From Microcoleus sp. (GTDB lineage: Bacteria > Cyanobacteriota > Cyanobacteriia > Cyanobacteriales > Microcoleaceae): a DNA stretch of 64,000 bases. Below, in pieces: positions 1 to 9,865 of this stretch. The stretch lies in the NCBI GenBank assembly GCA_052279835.1, contig CP181291.1, forward strand, positions 1,184,001-1,248,000, written 5' to 3'. A program made the position numbers and the translations under genes. The notes below the pieces were generated by a model. That model made no database searches and had not been told where the DNA came from. It saw nothing but the letters and a program-made list of their open reading frames with translations. How positions within the stretch are numbered: the first letter of the stretch is position 1; each line of letters opens with the position of its first letter.

Positions 1-682
1 AGGCTGATTCTAGGTTTGATACAGCCTGATTTAAATCCGGTGAAGTGAGCGTCTTTGCTTTTTCTTGAAGGCTAAGAGCAATTCTCACTAAGGCATAGGT
101 GGCATTGGTATCTGAGTCTTTAAGTACGGAAACTAGCTGTGGCACAGCAGTTTTTGCTTCTGCACCGATATTCCCCAAAGTAGAGGCTGCACTGCTACGC
201 ACATCTGCATCGGAGTCTTTAAGCAGGGGAATTAGCTGCGGCACAGCAGCTTTAGCTTCTGATAACAGTAAAGAATTCCAGTTATAGCTGCTAACTTTTT
301 TTAGTAAAGCAGCAGCACGACGACGTACCCGCACATCTGAGTCTTTCGAGACTTTGACAAGGGCAGGAATAGCAGGGCGACCAATTTGTCGCAGAACTTC
401 GATCGCACTCTGGCGGACTAGCAAATTCTTATCCCGCAAAGCTTCAATCAAAGCGGGGATGGCAGGTTCACCTATTTTTTTTAAGTTCTCAATAGCTGCA
501 TCAAGTTCCTTTTCATCGTTGCTTTTGAACTTCTCAATGAGGGAGGCAATCTCTTTGGGATTAGCCTTGGATGCGCTCAAATTTTCAGCCGCAGCATTGC
601 GAGTCAACAGCAAAGGGGATGTGAAAGATAGAAACGAGAGGGCAATTACGGCAACTAATCTTTGTCGGTAGTGCTTTGTCAT
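1..682 (-). CDS. HEAT-repeat (PBS-lyase-like) protein with N-terminal signal-like segment; runs off the left window edge
   Basis: Manual translation from ATG 682 (alternative in-frame ATG 721): MTKHYRQRLVAVIALSFLSF..., then repeats AIPALIEALRDKNLLVRQSA, AVPQLIPLLKDSDADVRSSAASTLGNIG, AVPQLVSVLKDSD; open to position 1. Confidence 0.85.
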   Translation of the reverse strand, partial: MTKHYRQRLVAVIALSFLSFTSPLLLTRNAAAENLSASKANPKEIASLIEKFKSNDEKELDAAIENLKKIGEPAIPALIEALRDKNLLVRQSAIEVLRQIGRPAIPALVKVSKDSDVRVRRRAAALLKKVSSYNWNSLLLSEAKAAVPQLIPLLKDSDADVRSSAASTLGNIGAEAKTAVPQLVSVLKDSDTNATYALVRIALSLQEKAKTLTSPDLNQAVSNLESA

Positions 683-793
683 GGGCCAGAATCCTTGTAT
701 TTGATGAGCCGTCTCAGCCATTTGAATAATTGTATCTACATTCTCATCAAATTGGTTTCCAGAGTCCCGGGCAATCTAAATACGAATTTAATG

Positions 794-910
794 TGAAGTT
801 GCACATATTTCGATCCCCCTAAATCCCCCTTAAGAAGGGGGACTTTGATCGGAATCTTGTCCCCCCCTTATTAAGGGGGGCTAGGGGGGATCGGATTCTA
901 TGCAGCTTCA
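794..910. repeat. Small dispersed palindromic element (CCCCCTAAATCCCCCTTAAGAAGGGGG family)
   Basis: Terminal inverted repeat TGAAGTTGCA...TGCAGCTTCA enclosing two C-run/G-run hairpins; relatives at 27385-27488 and inside cobN; supplies the TGA stop of the 908..1165 ORF. Confidence 0.7.
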
Positions 911-1165
911 TAAAAAATTGGTATAACTCTTGCTGGGAATTTGAATATATGAATCCGGCATTTCATGCTGCTGGTGAATAGCAAAGAAACGGCGCTCAAT
1001 TTCTTTGAGAACCGCTGCATCATAATAAATCATGCCACAATCCAGACAAATCTCAACAGGCGTATTAGGAACTAGCAAGTATTTACCTTGATAACTATAA
1101 AGGTAATTGACTCTACGTTCCTCATAGCGGTTGCTACCGCAGGTATTGCATTGAATTTCTCGCAT
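908..1165 (-). CDS. YgiT/MqsA-type zinc-finger protein (antitoxin-like)
   Basis: CNTC...VPNTPVEICLDCGMIYYD zinc-ribbon pattern, 85 aa. Confidence 0.8.
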   Translation of the reverse strand: MREIQCNTCGSNRYEERRVNYLYSYQGKYLLVPNTPVEICLDCGMIYYDAAVLKEIERRFFAIHQQHEMPDSYIQIPSKSYTNFL

Positions 1166-1177
1166 GGGTTTATATTT

Positions 1178-1429
1178 TCATTTGCCCGCTTCCACCAATA
1201 GCGGTTCGATTCGCTCGTGACTAACCAGTCGGTGGGCATAAACTAGACAAGCCTGAATATCTTCTTTTTCTAGCCAGGAATAGCCTTCGAGAATCGTTTC
1301 AGGAGTGTCGCCAGCCGCTAACATTCCTAGAATGTGCTCAACTGCCAGACGGCGACCCCGAATAATCGGCTTTCCGTTAAATATTTGGGAATTTACCGTG
1401 ATTCGTTCTAAGAGTTTTTGAGCATCCAT
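1178..1429 (-). CDS. DUF433 domain protein (antitoxin-like)
   Basis: RITVNSQIFNGKPIIRGRRLAVEHILGMLAAG...EDIQACLVYA signature. Confidence 0.9.
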   Translation of the reverse strand: MDAQKLLERITVNSQIFNGKPIIRGRRLAVEHILGMLAAGDTPETILEGYSWLEKEDIQACLVYAHRLVSHERIEPLLVEAGK

Positions 1430-1472
1430 AATTTAAGGCATAATTAGATATCTTATATTCTATCATTTGTTT

Positions 1473-2285
1473 ATGAGTTCAGAACCAGTTACCCTCTCAA
1501 AAACCAATCCGGTTTTAGCAGCCCAAGGATTAACTCGTCGCTTTGGCGGTTTAATTGCCGTCAACGACGTATCTTTTACAGTTGAAAAACATGAGATATT
1601 TGGACTAATCGGCCCTAACGGCGCTGGCAAGACCACTCTATTTAATGTAATGACTGGATTGATACCTGCTTCCAGTGGCAATCTGATTTATCAAAATCAA
1701 AATATTTCCCAATTAAAGCCTTATCAAATTGCCAATAAAGGTATTGCCAGAACTTTTCAAAATATCCGGTTGTTTGGGGAACTTTCTGTTAGTGAAAATG
1801 TCGCGATCGCACGACACATCCACAGCCGATCGCACAATCCGGTTTTATCACTGCTAGCGGGCATATTTGCGTTACCAGCAGCGAACGCAATGGAGCGCGA
1901 AACCCGCGAGAAAGCGTTGGAATTGTTGGATTTGGTCGGATTGGGCGATCGGGCGGGCGAACAAGCCAAAAACTTGTCCTACGGCGACCAAAGACGCTTG
2001 GAAATTGCCCGTGCTTTAGCCCTAGAACCGCAAATATTGTTATTAGATGAACCAGCGGCGGGGATGAATCCGAATGAAAAACATAAATTAAGTGAATTTA
2101 TCCGAGAAGTGCGCCAAAAGTTCAATTTAACTGTAATATTGATCGAGCATCACGTACCGCTGGTGATGGGATTGTGCGATCGCATTGCCGTGTTACATTT
2201 TGGTCAGCTAATTGCCTTGGGAGAACCTGCGATTGTCAGGAATGACCCTGGTGTAATTGAGGCTTATTTGGGAGATGAAAAATAG
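1473..2285 (+). CDS. livG: Branched-chain/neutral amino acid ABC transporter ATPase (LivG/NatA type)
   Basis: GPNGAGKTT Walker [38 protein letters not shown]-terminal VIEAYLG. Confidence 0.9.
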   Translation: MSSEPVTLSKTNPVLAAQGLTRRFGGLIAVNDVSFTVEKHEIFGLIGPNGAGKTTLFNVMTGLIPASSGNLIYQNQNISQLKPYQIANKGIARTFQNIRLFGELSVSENVAIARHIHSRSHNPVLSLLAGIFALPAANAMERETREKALELLDLVGLGDRAGEQAKNLSYGDQRRLEIARALALEPQILLLDEPAAGMNPNEKHKLSEFIREVRQKFNLTVILIEHHVPLVMGLCDRIAVLHFGQLIALGEPAIVRNDPGVIEAYLGDEK

Positions 2286-2297
2286 AAAATTAAAATT

Positions 2298-2450
2298 GCG
2301 GCGATTGAAACCAGGCGATTGGAAATCGCGTCTACACAAACAATGTCCGCCTACGCGGACTAAGAGTAATAGTTAGTATTAAATGTATCTCCCAGTCCTC
2401 TTGAGAGGACTTTCGCTATGAGACAGGGAATTCATTCCCTGTCGGACTAT
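2298..2450. repeat. Two adjacent dispersed palindromic repeats (GGCGGTTGAAACCGC...GTCCGCC...GCGGACT family and AGTCCTC...GAGGACT family)
   Basis: Similar to copies at 47456-47503, 57464-57512, 58400-58451 and 50660-50790. Confidence 0.65.
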
Positions 2451-2516
2451 CGGACTCACCGACAAACAAACTGCTGGGAAATAGATAGTTTATTATCAAC
2501 AATCAAGTCACAAAAA

Positions 2517-3254
2517 ATGCACGATATTCCACCCAAAACCACCAAAAATATCCTCTTAGAACTCAAGAATCTATCTGTAAATTACGGTGGAATTCAAGCC
2601 TTGCAAAATATTAATCTGACAATTAATTCAGGGGAAGTTGTCAGCCTCATCGGTGCGAATGGTGCCGGCAAAAGTACGACTCTCAGGGCTATTTCCAAAA
2701 TAGTTAATTTGCACCAAGGACAAATTATTTATAACGGGCGCGATATTACCCGCCGTCAAGCCCACGAAGTTGTCAAACTCGGAATCGCCCACAGCCCAGA
2801 AGGGAGGAGGGTTTTGGCGCAGCAAACGGTGTTGACAAACTTAGAATTAGGGGCCTATGTGCGATCGGATACTGCCCAAATCAAAGCAGATTTAGAATAC
2901 CAATTTAAACTATTTCCCAGGTTAGCAGAACGCCGCCATCAACTATCGGGAACCCTCAGCGGTGGGGAACAGCAAATGTTGGCGATCGCCCGCGCCATGA
3001 TGTCGCGTCCGAAACTGCTATTATTAGATGAACCCAGTTTGGGTTTAGCGCCCGCCATAGTCAAAGAAATATTTGCAATAATTCAACATTTGCGCTCCAC
3101 AGGCGTTACAATTCTGTTAGTCGAACAAAACGCCAGTTTAGCATTGCAAATTGCCGATCGAGGTTATGTACTAGAAGCTGGTAACATTACTCTCACAGGC
3201 ATGGCATCAGATTTGCTAAATGACGAGCGAGTTAGGAGGGCATACTTAGGTTGA
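2517..3254 (+). CDS. livF: Branched-chain/neutral amino acid ABC transporter ATPase (LivF/NatE type)
   Basis: GANGAGKST, GIAHSPEGRRV, LSGGEQQMLAIARA, LDEPSLGLAP; start placed at ATG 2517 because the upstream extension is repeat-derived. Confidence 0.9.
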   Translation: MHDIPPKTTKNILLELKNLSVNYGGIQALQNINLTINSGEVVSLIGANGAGKSTTLRAISKIVNLHQGQIIYNGRDITRRQAHEVVKLGIAHSPEGRRVLAQQTVLTNLELGAYVRSDTAQIKADLEYQFKLFPRLAERRHQLSGTLSGGEQQMLAIARAMMSRPKLLLLDEPSLGLAPAIVKEIFAIIQHLRSTGVTILLVEQNASLALQIADRGYVLEAGNITLTGMASDLLNDERVRRAYLG

Positions 3255-4111
3255 CTTGGTTAATTTTAGGAATTTTTACCGCCTTCTTTGAAGCCGTCAA
3301 AGACGTTTTTGGCAAACAAAATCTCAAAAAAAGTGACGAATATGTCGTCGCTTGGTCCCTCTCCTTCTTTTCAGTCGTCACTTTGACTCCCTGGGTGATT
3401 TATACAGGAATTCCGGCATTAAACTCTCAATTTTGGTTCGCCCTATTAATCGGAGGTAGCATCAATGCTGTCACAGCCCTACTCTACATCAAAGCCATCA
3501 AAGTATCAGACTTATCTCTGACAGTACCCCTAGTAGCTTTGACACCGCTATTCATGTTGCTAACTTCACCCTTAATTGTTGGTGAATATCCCAAAGTTTT
3601 TGATTATATTGGCATTTTTTTAATCGTAACAGGCTCTTACTTACTCAATATCAAAGATAAATCCCAGGGATATTTAGCCCCCTTCAAAGCACTGGTAAAA
3701 GAACCAGGACCGAAATTGATGTTAATGGTAGCATTCCTGTGGAGTATTACTTCAAATTTTGACAAAATAGGAGTTAAAAATTCATCCCCGATTTTTTGGA
3801 TATTTTCTATATTTGGAACCATGAGTATCTTGCTACTCCCAATTTTATTGCACAAAACCCCAAATCCCAGCCGCAAAATCCTCAAACAATTACCAATGCT
3901 AGCAGCTATGGGGTTTTTCAATGCTATAGGAGTGCTTTGTCAAATGCAAGCTTTGACATTAACTTTGGTAGTACAAGTGATAGCAATTAAACGTACTAGC
4001 GTGTTAATGGGTGTATTGTTCGGCCACTTTATTTTCAAGGAAAAAGATATTCAACAAAGATTACTAGGCGCATCAATCATGGTTTTGGGAGTTTTCGTTA
4101 TCAGTTTATAG
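3251..4111 (+). CDS. EamA/DMT family transporter
   Basis: About 10 hydrophobic helices in two repeats; SDLSLTVPLVALTPLF and AIKRTSVLMGVLFG...FKEK motifs. Confidence 0.85.
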   Translation: MTWLILGIFTAFFEAVKDVFGKQNLKKSDEYVVAWSLSFFSVVTLTPWVIYTGIPALNSQFWFALLIGGSINAVTALLYIKAIKVSDLSLTVPLVALTPLFMLLTSPLIVGEYPKVFDYIGIFLIVTGSYLLNIKDKSQGYLAPFKALVKEPGPKLMLMVAFLWSITSNFDKIGVKNSSPIFWIFSIFGTMSILLLPILLHKTPNPSRKILKQLPMLAAMGFFNAIGVLCQMQALTLTLVVQVIAIKRTSVLMGVLFGHFIFKEKDIQQRLLGASIMVLGVFVISL

Positions 4112-4277
4112 ATGGAAACCTCGGAAACAGAAAATCATCCATCTCTCTCTTCTCTTCCTCTGCGTACTCTGCGCCCTCTGTGGTTCAATTCTTCTAATCC
4201 AACCGGATTTAAAATAAGTCATGTTATACTAAGAGCGATCGCACCTTTCATTATTTATCAACATAAACTAAAAATTA

Positions 4278-7200
4278 ATGCACAAAATAGCCGCAACACC
4301 AGGAGGCTGGAACCCCCAAGCCGAAGGAGTAATATTCATCCAACAAACCCCCGCACCAATAGTATTTATTAGTGCAGCGGATACAGATATTCAAACCCTC
4401 GCAGCCGCTTCATCAAAACTACCAGCAGAATTCCCAAAACTGCGCGCCGTGAATCTCCTGCAATTGCAGCAACAACTAACCATTGATACCTATGCCGAAG
4501 AAATTTTACAACACGCCCAGGTAATTATTTTAAGGTTGTTAGGAGGGCGTTCCTATTGGTCTTATGGCTTGGAAATACTGCGCGAAACAGCGGAAAAAAC
4601 TCAAGCTAAACTGATTATAATGCCCGGTGACGACAGTCCAGATCCCGATTTAATTAGTCATTCAAATATCTCGCTGTCAGCAGTCAATCAACTGTGGCGC
4701 TACTTCACAGAAGGTGGAGTCCAAAACTTTGTTAATGCCCTAAAGTTTGCGGCAGATACTTGTTTGAAAACTGCTTACAATCCGCCTTTACCTCAAACCG
4801 TTTCCCGCGTTGGAATTTACGAATGGAGTGGAAGTGCGAGGGGGTGTTTTGAAACTTTGCAACCTGATTTAGAAACCCCCCCCTGCCCCCCCCAAGGGGG
4901 GAAAAGAGGGAATTTGACAAGTTCTTGCTTCCCCTTTATAAACGGAGACTGGGTGGCATCTTCGGGTTTGCCAACCCTTCCTAAAGTCGGAATCTTATTT
5001 TATCGCGCTCATTATCTGTCGGGAAATCTTGCACCTATTGATGCACTTTGTCAAGCTTTATCAGAGCGAAATTTAGTACCAGTTCCCGTGTTTGTGTCTT
5101 CTTTGCGAGAACCTGATTTGCAAGTGGAATTACTAGAATATTTCCAACCAAAAGACGCAGAAGCCATTCAATTATTACTAAATACAACAAGTTTTGCAAT
5201 CTCCGGTTTCAACAGTCCCGACTCAGAACAAAATACTTTAAAATTGTTAGATGTTCCAGTCTTGCAAGCAATATTTAGTGGCGGTGGTTTACAACAGTGG
5301 GAAAGTGAATTGCAAGGACTTTCGCCTCGCGATGTGGCGATGAATGTCGCATTACCAGAAGTAGATGGGAAAATTATTACTAGGGCGGTTTCTTTTAAGG
5401 CTGTCCAAACTTGGAATAGCGAATTAGAAACTGATGTTGTGGGTTATGTCGCTGCGGCCGATCGCATTTCATTTGTAGCAGATTTAACTACAAACTGGGT
5501 CAAGCTTAAACAAACTCCCGCCACCAACAGACGCATCGCCATTATTCTCGCCAATTATCCCACCCGCAACGCCAGATTAGCCAACGGTGTCGGCTTGGAT
5601 ACGCCCGCTAGCTGTGTGGAAATCCTGAAAGCTTTGCAGGAAGCTGATTATCAAGTAGATAATATTCCCCACAGCGGCAACGAGTTAATTGAAATGCTCA
5701 CATCCGGCGTGACAAATGACCCAGAAGGACGGGAATTGCGCCCTATAAATCAATATTTAGATTTGGCGGAATATCAAGACTATTTTGCAACTTTACCACA
5801 GCAAGTTCAAGATGGAATTTGTAATAGATGGGGCTTAGCAACGGGAGAAAAAACGGAACTTTTGGCTGCCCATCTGTTTCCCATTCCGGGGATTCAGTTT
5901 GGCAATGTGTTTGTGGGAATTCAACCATCACGGGGATACGAAATTGACCCTAGTTTGAACTATCACGCACCGGATTTAGAACCTACTCATAATTACCTAG
6001 CTTACTATTATTGGTTGCGCCAAAATTTTGGTTCTCAGGCAATTATTCATGCGGGAAAACATGGTAATTTAGAATGGCTTCCCGGTAAAAGTGTGGCTTT
6101 ATCCAGCAATTGTTATCCCGAAGTTGCATTAGGCGCAATGCCGAATTTTTATCCGTTTATTGTCAACGATCCGGGGGAAGGTTCCCAGGCAAAAAGACGA
6201 TCGCAAGCCGTGATAATCGACCACCTCACCCCGCCCATGACTCGCGCCGAACTTTACGGGCCTTTGCAGCAGTTGGAAGCCTTAATCGACGAATATTGCG
6301 AGGCGCAAAGCTTAGATCCGTCTCGATTACCGATGATTCGCGATCGCATTGTCGCCCTCACGAACAAAGAAAACTTAGACAAAGACTTAGGAATACAACT
6401 AAATAAATCAGAATTTACCGAATTTATCACTCGCACCGATGGCTATCTTTGCGAACTCAAAGAATCCCAAATTCGCGACGGATTGCACATTTTCGGACAG
6501 TGCCCCCAAGGGCGACAGTTGAGAGATTTGATCATTGCGATCGCCCGCCATCCTAGCACAGGAAGATCCGGTTTAACCCGCGCCCTAGCCGAAGACTCAG
6601 GCTACGATTTCGACCCCTTAACCACCGCAGGCGATTTAACAGCAGAAGTAGAACAAAAAGCAGCAAAATTAGTAGATGATTTAATTGCAAACATCGGCGT
6701 TAATCCGCATTCATCTGCGGTGGGAAATATCCAAATAGGAAAAGCAACACAACCAGAAATAAACTGGATAAATAACTATCTTTTACCATCACTCCTCCAA
6801 ACAAACCAAGAAATTACTAACCTATTGCGTGGCTTAGATGGGGGCCACATAGCCAGCGGCGCATCCGGCGCACCCACCCGCGGCCGCCCCGATGTATTAC
6901 CCACAGGCCGCAATTTTTACTCCGTAGATATCCGCGCTATTCCCACAGAAACCGCATGGAGAGTTGGGAAAGTTGCAGCCGAAACTTTAATCGAAAGATA
7001 CACCCAAGAAAATGGCGAATATCCGAAAACTTTGGGCTTGTCTGTGTGGGGAACATCCACCATGCGAACCGGAGGAGATGACATTGCAGAAGCTCTAGCA
7101 TTGATCGGAGTTCAGCCAGTTTGGGATGGCCCTTCGCGCCGGGTTGTAGATTTTGAAGTTTTGCCAATTTCAGTTTTGGGACGGCCCAGAGTCGATGTTA

Positions 7201-8240
7201 CTTTGCGAATTTCTGGCTTTTTTCGGGATGCTTTTTTTAATTTAATTGATTTGTTTGATTCGGCGGTAAAAGCTGTGGCAGATTTAGATGAACCAGCCGA
7301 AAGCAATCCTTTAGCGGCACAAGTTAAACAGGAGATTCAGGATTGGGAATCGACAGGTTTGAGTCGGGAAGAGGCTAAATTGCGATCGCAATTTCGCGTC
7401 TTTGGTTCCAAACCGGGTGCCTACGGCGCGGGACTTCAAGGCATAATTGAAGCTCAAAATTGGACAGATGATGTAGATTTAGCAAAAGCTTACATTAATT
7501 GGAGCAGTTACGCCTATACAAGTACCCCCCCTTACCAAGGGGGGGCTAATTCCACTCATACCCCCCCAACCCCCCCTTACCAAGGGGGGGCTAACTCCAA
7601 TTCTTGTCCCCCCCCTTTACAAGGGGGGGCTAGGGGGGGTGAATTTACCGGGGGTGAATGGGGATGTTGTGCACCCGAAGCATTTACCAAACGCCTCACC
7701 CAAATGCAAATAGTTCTGCAAAACCAAGACAACCGCGAACACGACATTTTAGACTCCGACGATTATTATCAATTCCAAGGCGGAATGACGGCGGCAATTC
7801 GCAATTTGCGAGGCAAAAATCCTGAAACTTATTTCGGAGATAATTCAATTCCTGAGAATCCGAAAGTGCGACAACTGCGAGAAGAAATTGCGCGAGTTTA
7901 TCGCAGCAGGGCTGTGAATCCTAAATGGATTGAAGGGGCGATGCGACATGGTTATAAAGGTGCGTTTGAAATTGCAGCAACTGTTGATTTTTTGTTTGCT
8001 TACGATGCTACGGCAAATTGTGTAGAGGATTTTATGTATGAAGGAATCGCTGAGGCTTACATTTTTGACGAAAAAGTGCAGGGATTTATCCAGGAAAATA
8101 ATCCTTGGGCACTGCGAGATATGGCGGAAAGATTGTTAGAAGCTCGTCAGCGGGGGTTGTGGGAGTCTGCCAGCCAGGATATACTGGATAAATTGCGATC
8201 GATCGCCCTGGAAGCTGAAGCCGTCATCGAGTCGAAGTAA
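4278..8240 (+). CDS. cobN: Cobaltochelatase subunit CobN (with two in-frame repeat insertions)
   Basis: MHKIAATPGGW start, HAGKHGNLEWLPGK, LPTGRNFYS, WGTSTMRTGGDD, NPKWIEGAMRHGYKGA. Confidence 0.95.
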   Translation: MHKIAATPGGWNPQAEGVIFIQQTPAPIVFISAADTDIQTLAAASSKLPAEFPKLRAVNLLQLQQQLTIDTYAEEILQHAQVIILRLLGGRSYWSYGLEILRETAEKTQAKLIIMPGDDSPDPDLISHSNISLSAVNQLWRYFTEGGVQNFVNALKFAADTCLKTAYNPPLPQTVSRVGIYEWSGSARGCFETLQPDLETPPCPPQGGKRGNLTSSCFPFINGDWVASSGLPTLPKVGILFYRAHYLSGNLAPIDALCQALSERNLVPVPVFVSSLREPDLQVELLEYFQPKDAEAIQLLLNTTSFAISGFNSPDSEQNTLKLLDVPVLQAIFSGGGLQQWESELQGLSPRDVAMNVALPEVDGKIITRAVSFKAVQTWNSELETDVVGYVAAADRISFVADLTTNWVKLKQTPATNRRIAIILANYPTRNARLANGVGLDTPASCVEILKALQEADYQVDNIPHSGNELIEMLTSGVTNDPEGRELRPINQYLDLAEYQDYFATLPQQVQDGICNRWGLATGEKTELLAAHLFPIPGIQFGNVFVGIQPSRGYEIDPSLNYHAPDLEPTHNYLAYYYWLRQNFGSQAIIHAGKHGNLEWLPGKSVALSSNCYPEVALGAMPNFYPFIVNDPGEGSQAKRRSQAVIIDHLTPPMTRAELYGPLQQLEALIDEYCEAQSLDPSRLPMIRDRIVALTNKENLDKDLGIQLNKSEFTEFITRTDGYLCELKESQIRDGLHIFGQCPQGRQLRDLIIAIARHPSTGRSGLTRALAEDSGYDFDPLTTAGDLTAEVEQKAAKLVDDLIANIGVNPHSSAVGNIQIGKATQPEINWINNYLLPSLLQTNQEITNLLRGLDGGHIASGASGAPTRGRPDVLPTGRNFYSVDIRAIPTETAWRVGKVAAETLIERYTQENGEYPKTLGLSVWGTSTMRTGGDDIAEALALIGVQPVWDGPSRRVVDFEVLPISVLGRPRVDVTLRISGFFRDAFFNLIDLFDSAVKAVADLDEPAESNPLAAQVKQEIQDWESTGLSREEAKLRSQFRVFGSKPGAYGAGLQGIIEAQNWTDDVDLAKAYINWSSYAYTSTPPYQGGANSTHTPPTPPYQGGANSNSCPPPLQGGARGGEFTGGEWGCCAPEAFTKRLTQMQIVLQNQDNREHDILDSDDYYQFQGGMTAAIRNLRGKNPETYFGDNSIPENPKVRQLREEIARVYRSRAVNPKWIEGAMRHGYKGAFEIAATVDFLFAYDATANCVEDFMYEGIAEAYIFDEKVQGFIQENNPWALRDMAERLLEARQRGLWESASQDILDKLRSIALEAEAVIESK

Positions 8241-8293
8241 TTTGTGAAGCGATCGTTACAAATTGAAATAGATTTTCCATACTCTTAAATTGG

Positions 8294-9730
8294 ATGCAGA
8301 GCATGAGAATTAAAAAAGAATGGCAAATATTTTCAGTGTTTTTAGGTCTATTTGCACTCTTGACAAGACCAGTCGCAGGCGCCAATGATGCTTCTAGGTT
8401 AGCGACTATTGAATCCCTGGTAGATTTTCATACTTTTGTTATTGATAATTCTCGATTTTTGTGGACAATAGATAAATATTTCTACCAAGGTCACTTTTAC
8501 TCTGACAAGCCTCCTATTCTTTCCATATATGGTTCATTTTTTTACGCTTTTCTCAAGGCAATTGGCATTTCTTTTGATAAGAATCTAATGCTGGCTAATA
8601 TCCTAATAGTAGTTTTAGTTGTGGGAGTAGCTACAGCTATTGGCATGATTTATTTATATAAAATCTTGTATTTGTTAGAAGTAGAAGAAACCTGGATAAA
8701 TGTAATTTTAATTATTGCGGGTACGGGGACTCTCTTGTTACCTTACTCAACTGTATTCAGCAATCATGTGGTTAGTGGAAGTTTACTTATTGCTGGTTTT
8801 TACTATTTACTCAGGGTCAAAGAAAGTATTACACATTCTCTGCTTTCAGGTTTGTTAATTACCCTAGCTGGTAGCATTGATGTAGTAGCTTTTATTTTTC
8901 TGCCATTTCTGGCCGTCACCTTTTTTAATAAACCCCTGAAATCAAAGATAGTTTTTTCTTTAGCTTGCGCTTTAGTCCTGATAATTTACTTACAGTTAAA
9001 TCTTTACACCTCTGGGAGTCTGCGGCCGCCTTCTATGAATAAGTCTCTGTGGGAATATCCCGGTTCTGTCTTCGATAGTACAACCCTTTCTGGTTTAGCA
9101 TATCACTCAAATTTTCCGGCTTTACTAAATTATGCTTTTCATATGATTATCGGTCATCGAGGCTTGATTTCTTATACTCCTGTCTTAGTATTTTCTATTT
9201 GGGGATTTGTGAAAATTTACCAAAACAAAGATTTTAAATATCGCCAAGAATATCTGTTAATTTTTTTGGCATCTTCTGCCTATGTCCTGATGTACATTCT
9301 GCGTTCTAACAATTACAGTGGGTATTCTTATGGAGTCAGATGGTATGCCAATCTCATGTTTTTGCTCTGCCTACCACTAGCTCAAATCAGAAATGATATC
9401 AAAAATTCAAAACAGTTAAGAACAGCTTTTATAATTGTGAGTTGTTTGTCAATTTTTATCTCTTTTGTGGGCGTAAATCATCCTTTTGTCGCAGTTGATG
9501 AACAGCATCCTAGTTCATTTTTTAATGCTTTAGTTTATACATTTAAGCCCATCGATACTCAAATTTACGGGAATAACCAGGCCATGCAACTGTCGTTTTC
9601 GCACTCTTTGCTATTTGCACTCAAGCAGTTAAGGGTGATTTTAATAGCAGCACTCGCAGGTTTGTCGTGCTACTTGTTAGTGAACCGTGTTAAGCAATTT
9701 ATCGCAAACAGACCTGTGGTTGAGGGTTAA
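8294..9730 (+). CDS. Polytopic membrane protein, probable GT-C superfamily glycosyltransferase
   Basis: 11-13 TM helices; N-terminal loop NDASRLATIESLVD...FYSDKPP; late GYSYGVRWY motif; visibly AT-rich. Confidence 0.55.
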   Translation: MQSMRIKKEWQIFSVFLGLFALLTRPVAGANDASRLATIESLVDFHTFVIDNSRFLWTIDKYFYQGHFYSDKPPILSIYGSFFYAFLKAIGISFDKNLMLANILIVVLVVGVATAIGMIYLYKILYLLEVEETWINVILIIAGTGTLLLPYSTVFSNHVVSGSLLIAGFYYLLRVKESITHSLLSGLLITLAGSIDVVAFIFLPFLAVTFFNKPLKSKIVFSLACALVLIIYLQLNLYTSGSLRPPSMNKSLWEYPGSVFDSTTLSGLAYHSNFPALLNYAFHMIIGHRGLISYTPVLVFSIWGFVKIYQNKDFKYRQEYLLIFLASSAYVLMYILRSNNYSGYSYGVRWYANLMFLLCLPLAQIRNDIKNSKQLRTAFIIVSCLSIFISFVGVNHPFVAVDEQHPSSFFNALVYTFKPIDTQIYGNNQAMQLSFSHSLLFALKQLRVILIAALAGLSCYLLVNRVKQFIANRPVVEG

Positions 9731-9865
9731 AAAGATGCGCGGTCTCATCCCACACACAAATACCCTAACCCAACATTAATCGATAGCTAGTGAACTCGCT
9801 CTAGAATATAACGATATAACCATCTCAAATCCCTAATCTCAAATCGATAACTAGCTGAAAGCTTT

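Noticed and set aside
99..671. Plus-strand ORFs 99..287 and 354..671, and the many other short antisense ORFs in the track
   Set aside because: Shadows of real genes on the opposite strand (here the HEAT-repeat gene); no independent motifs.
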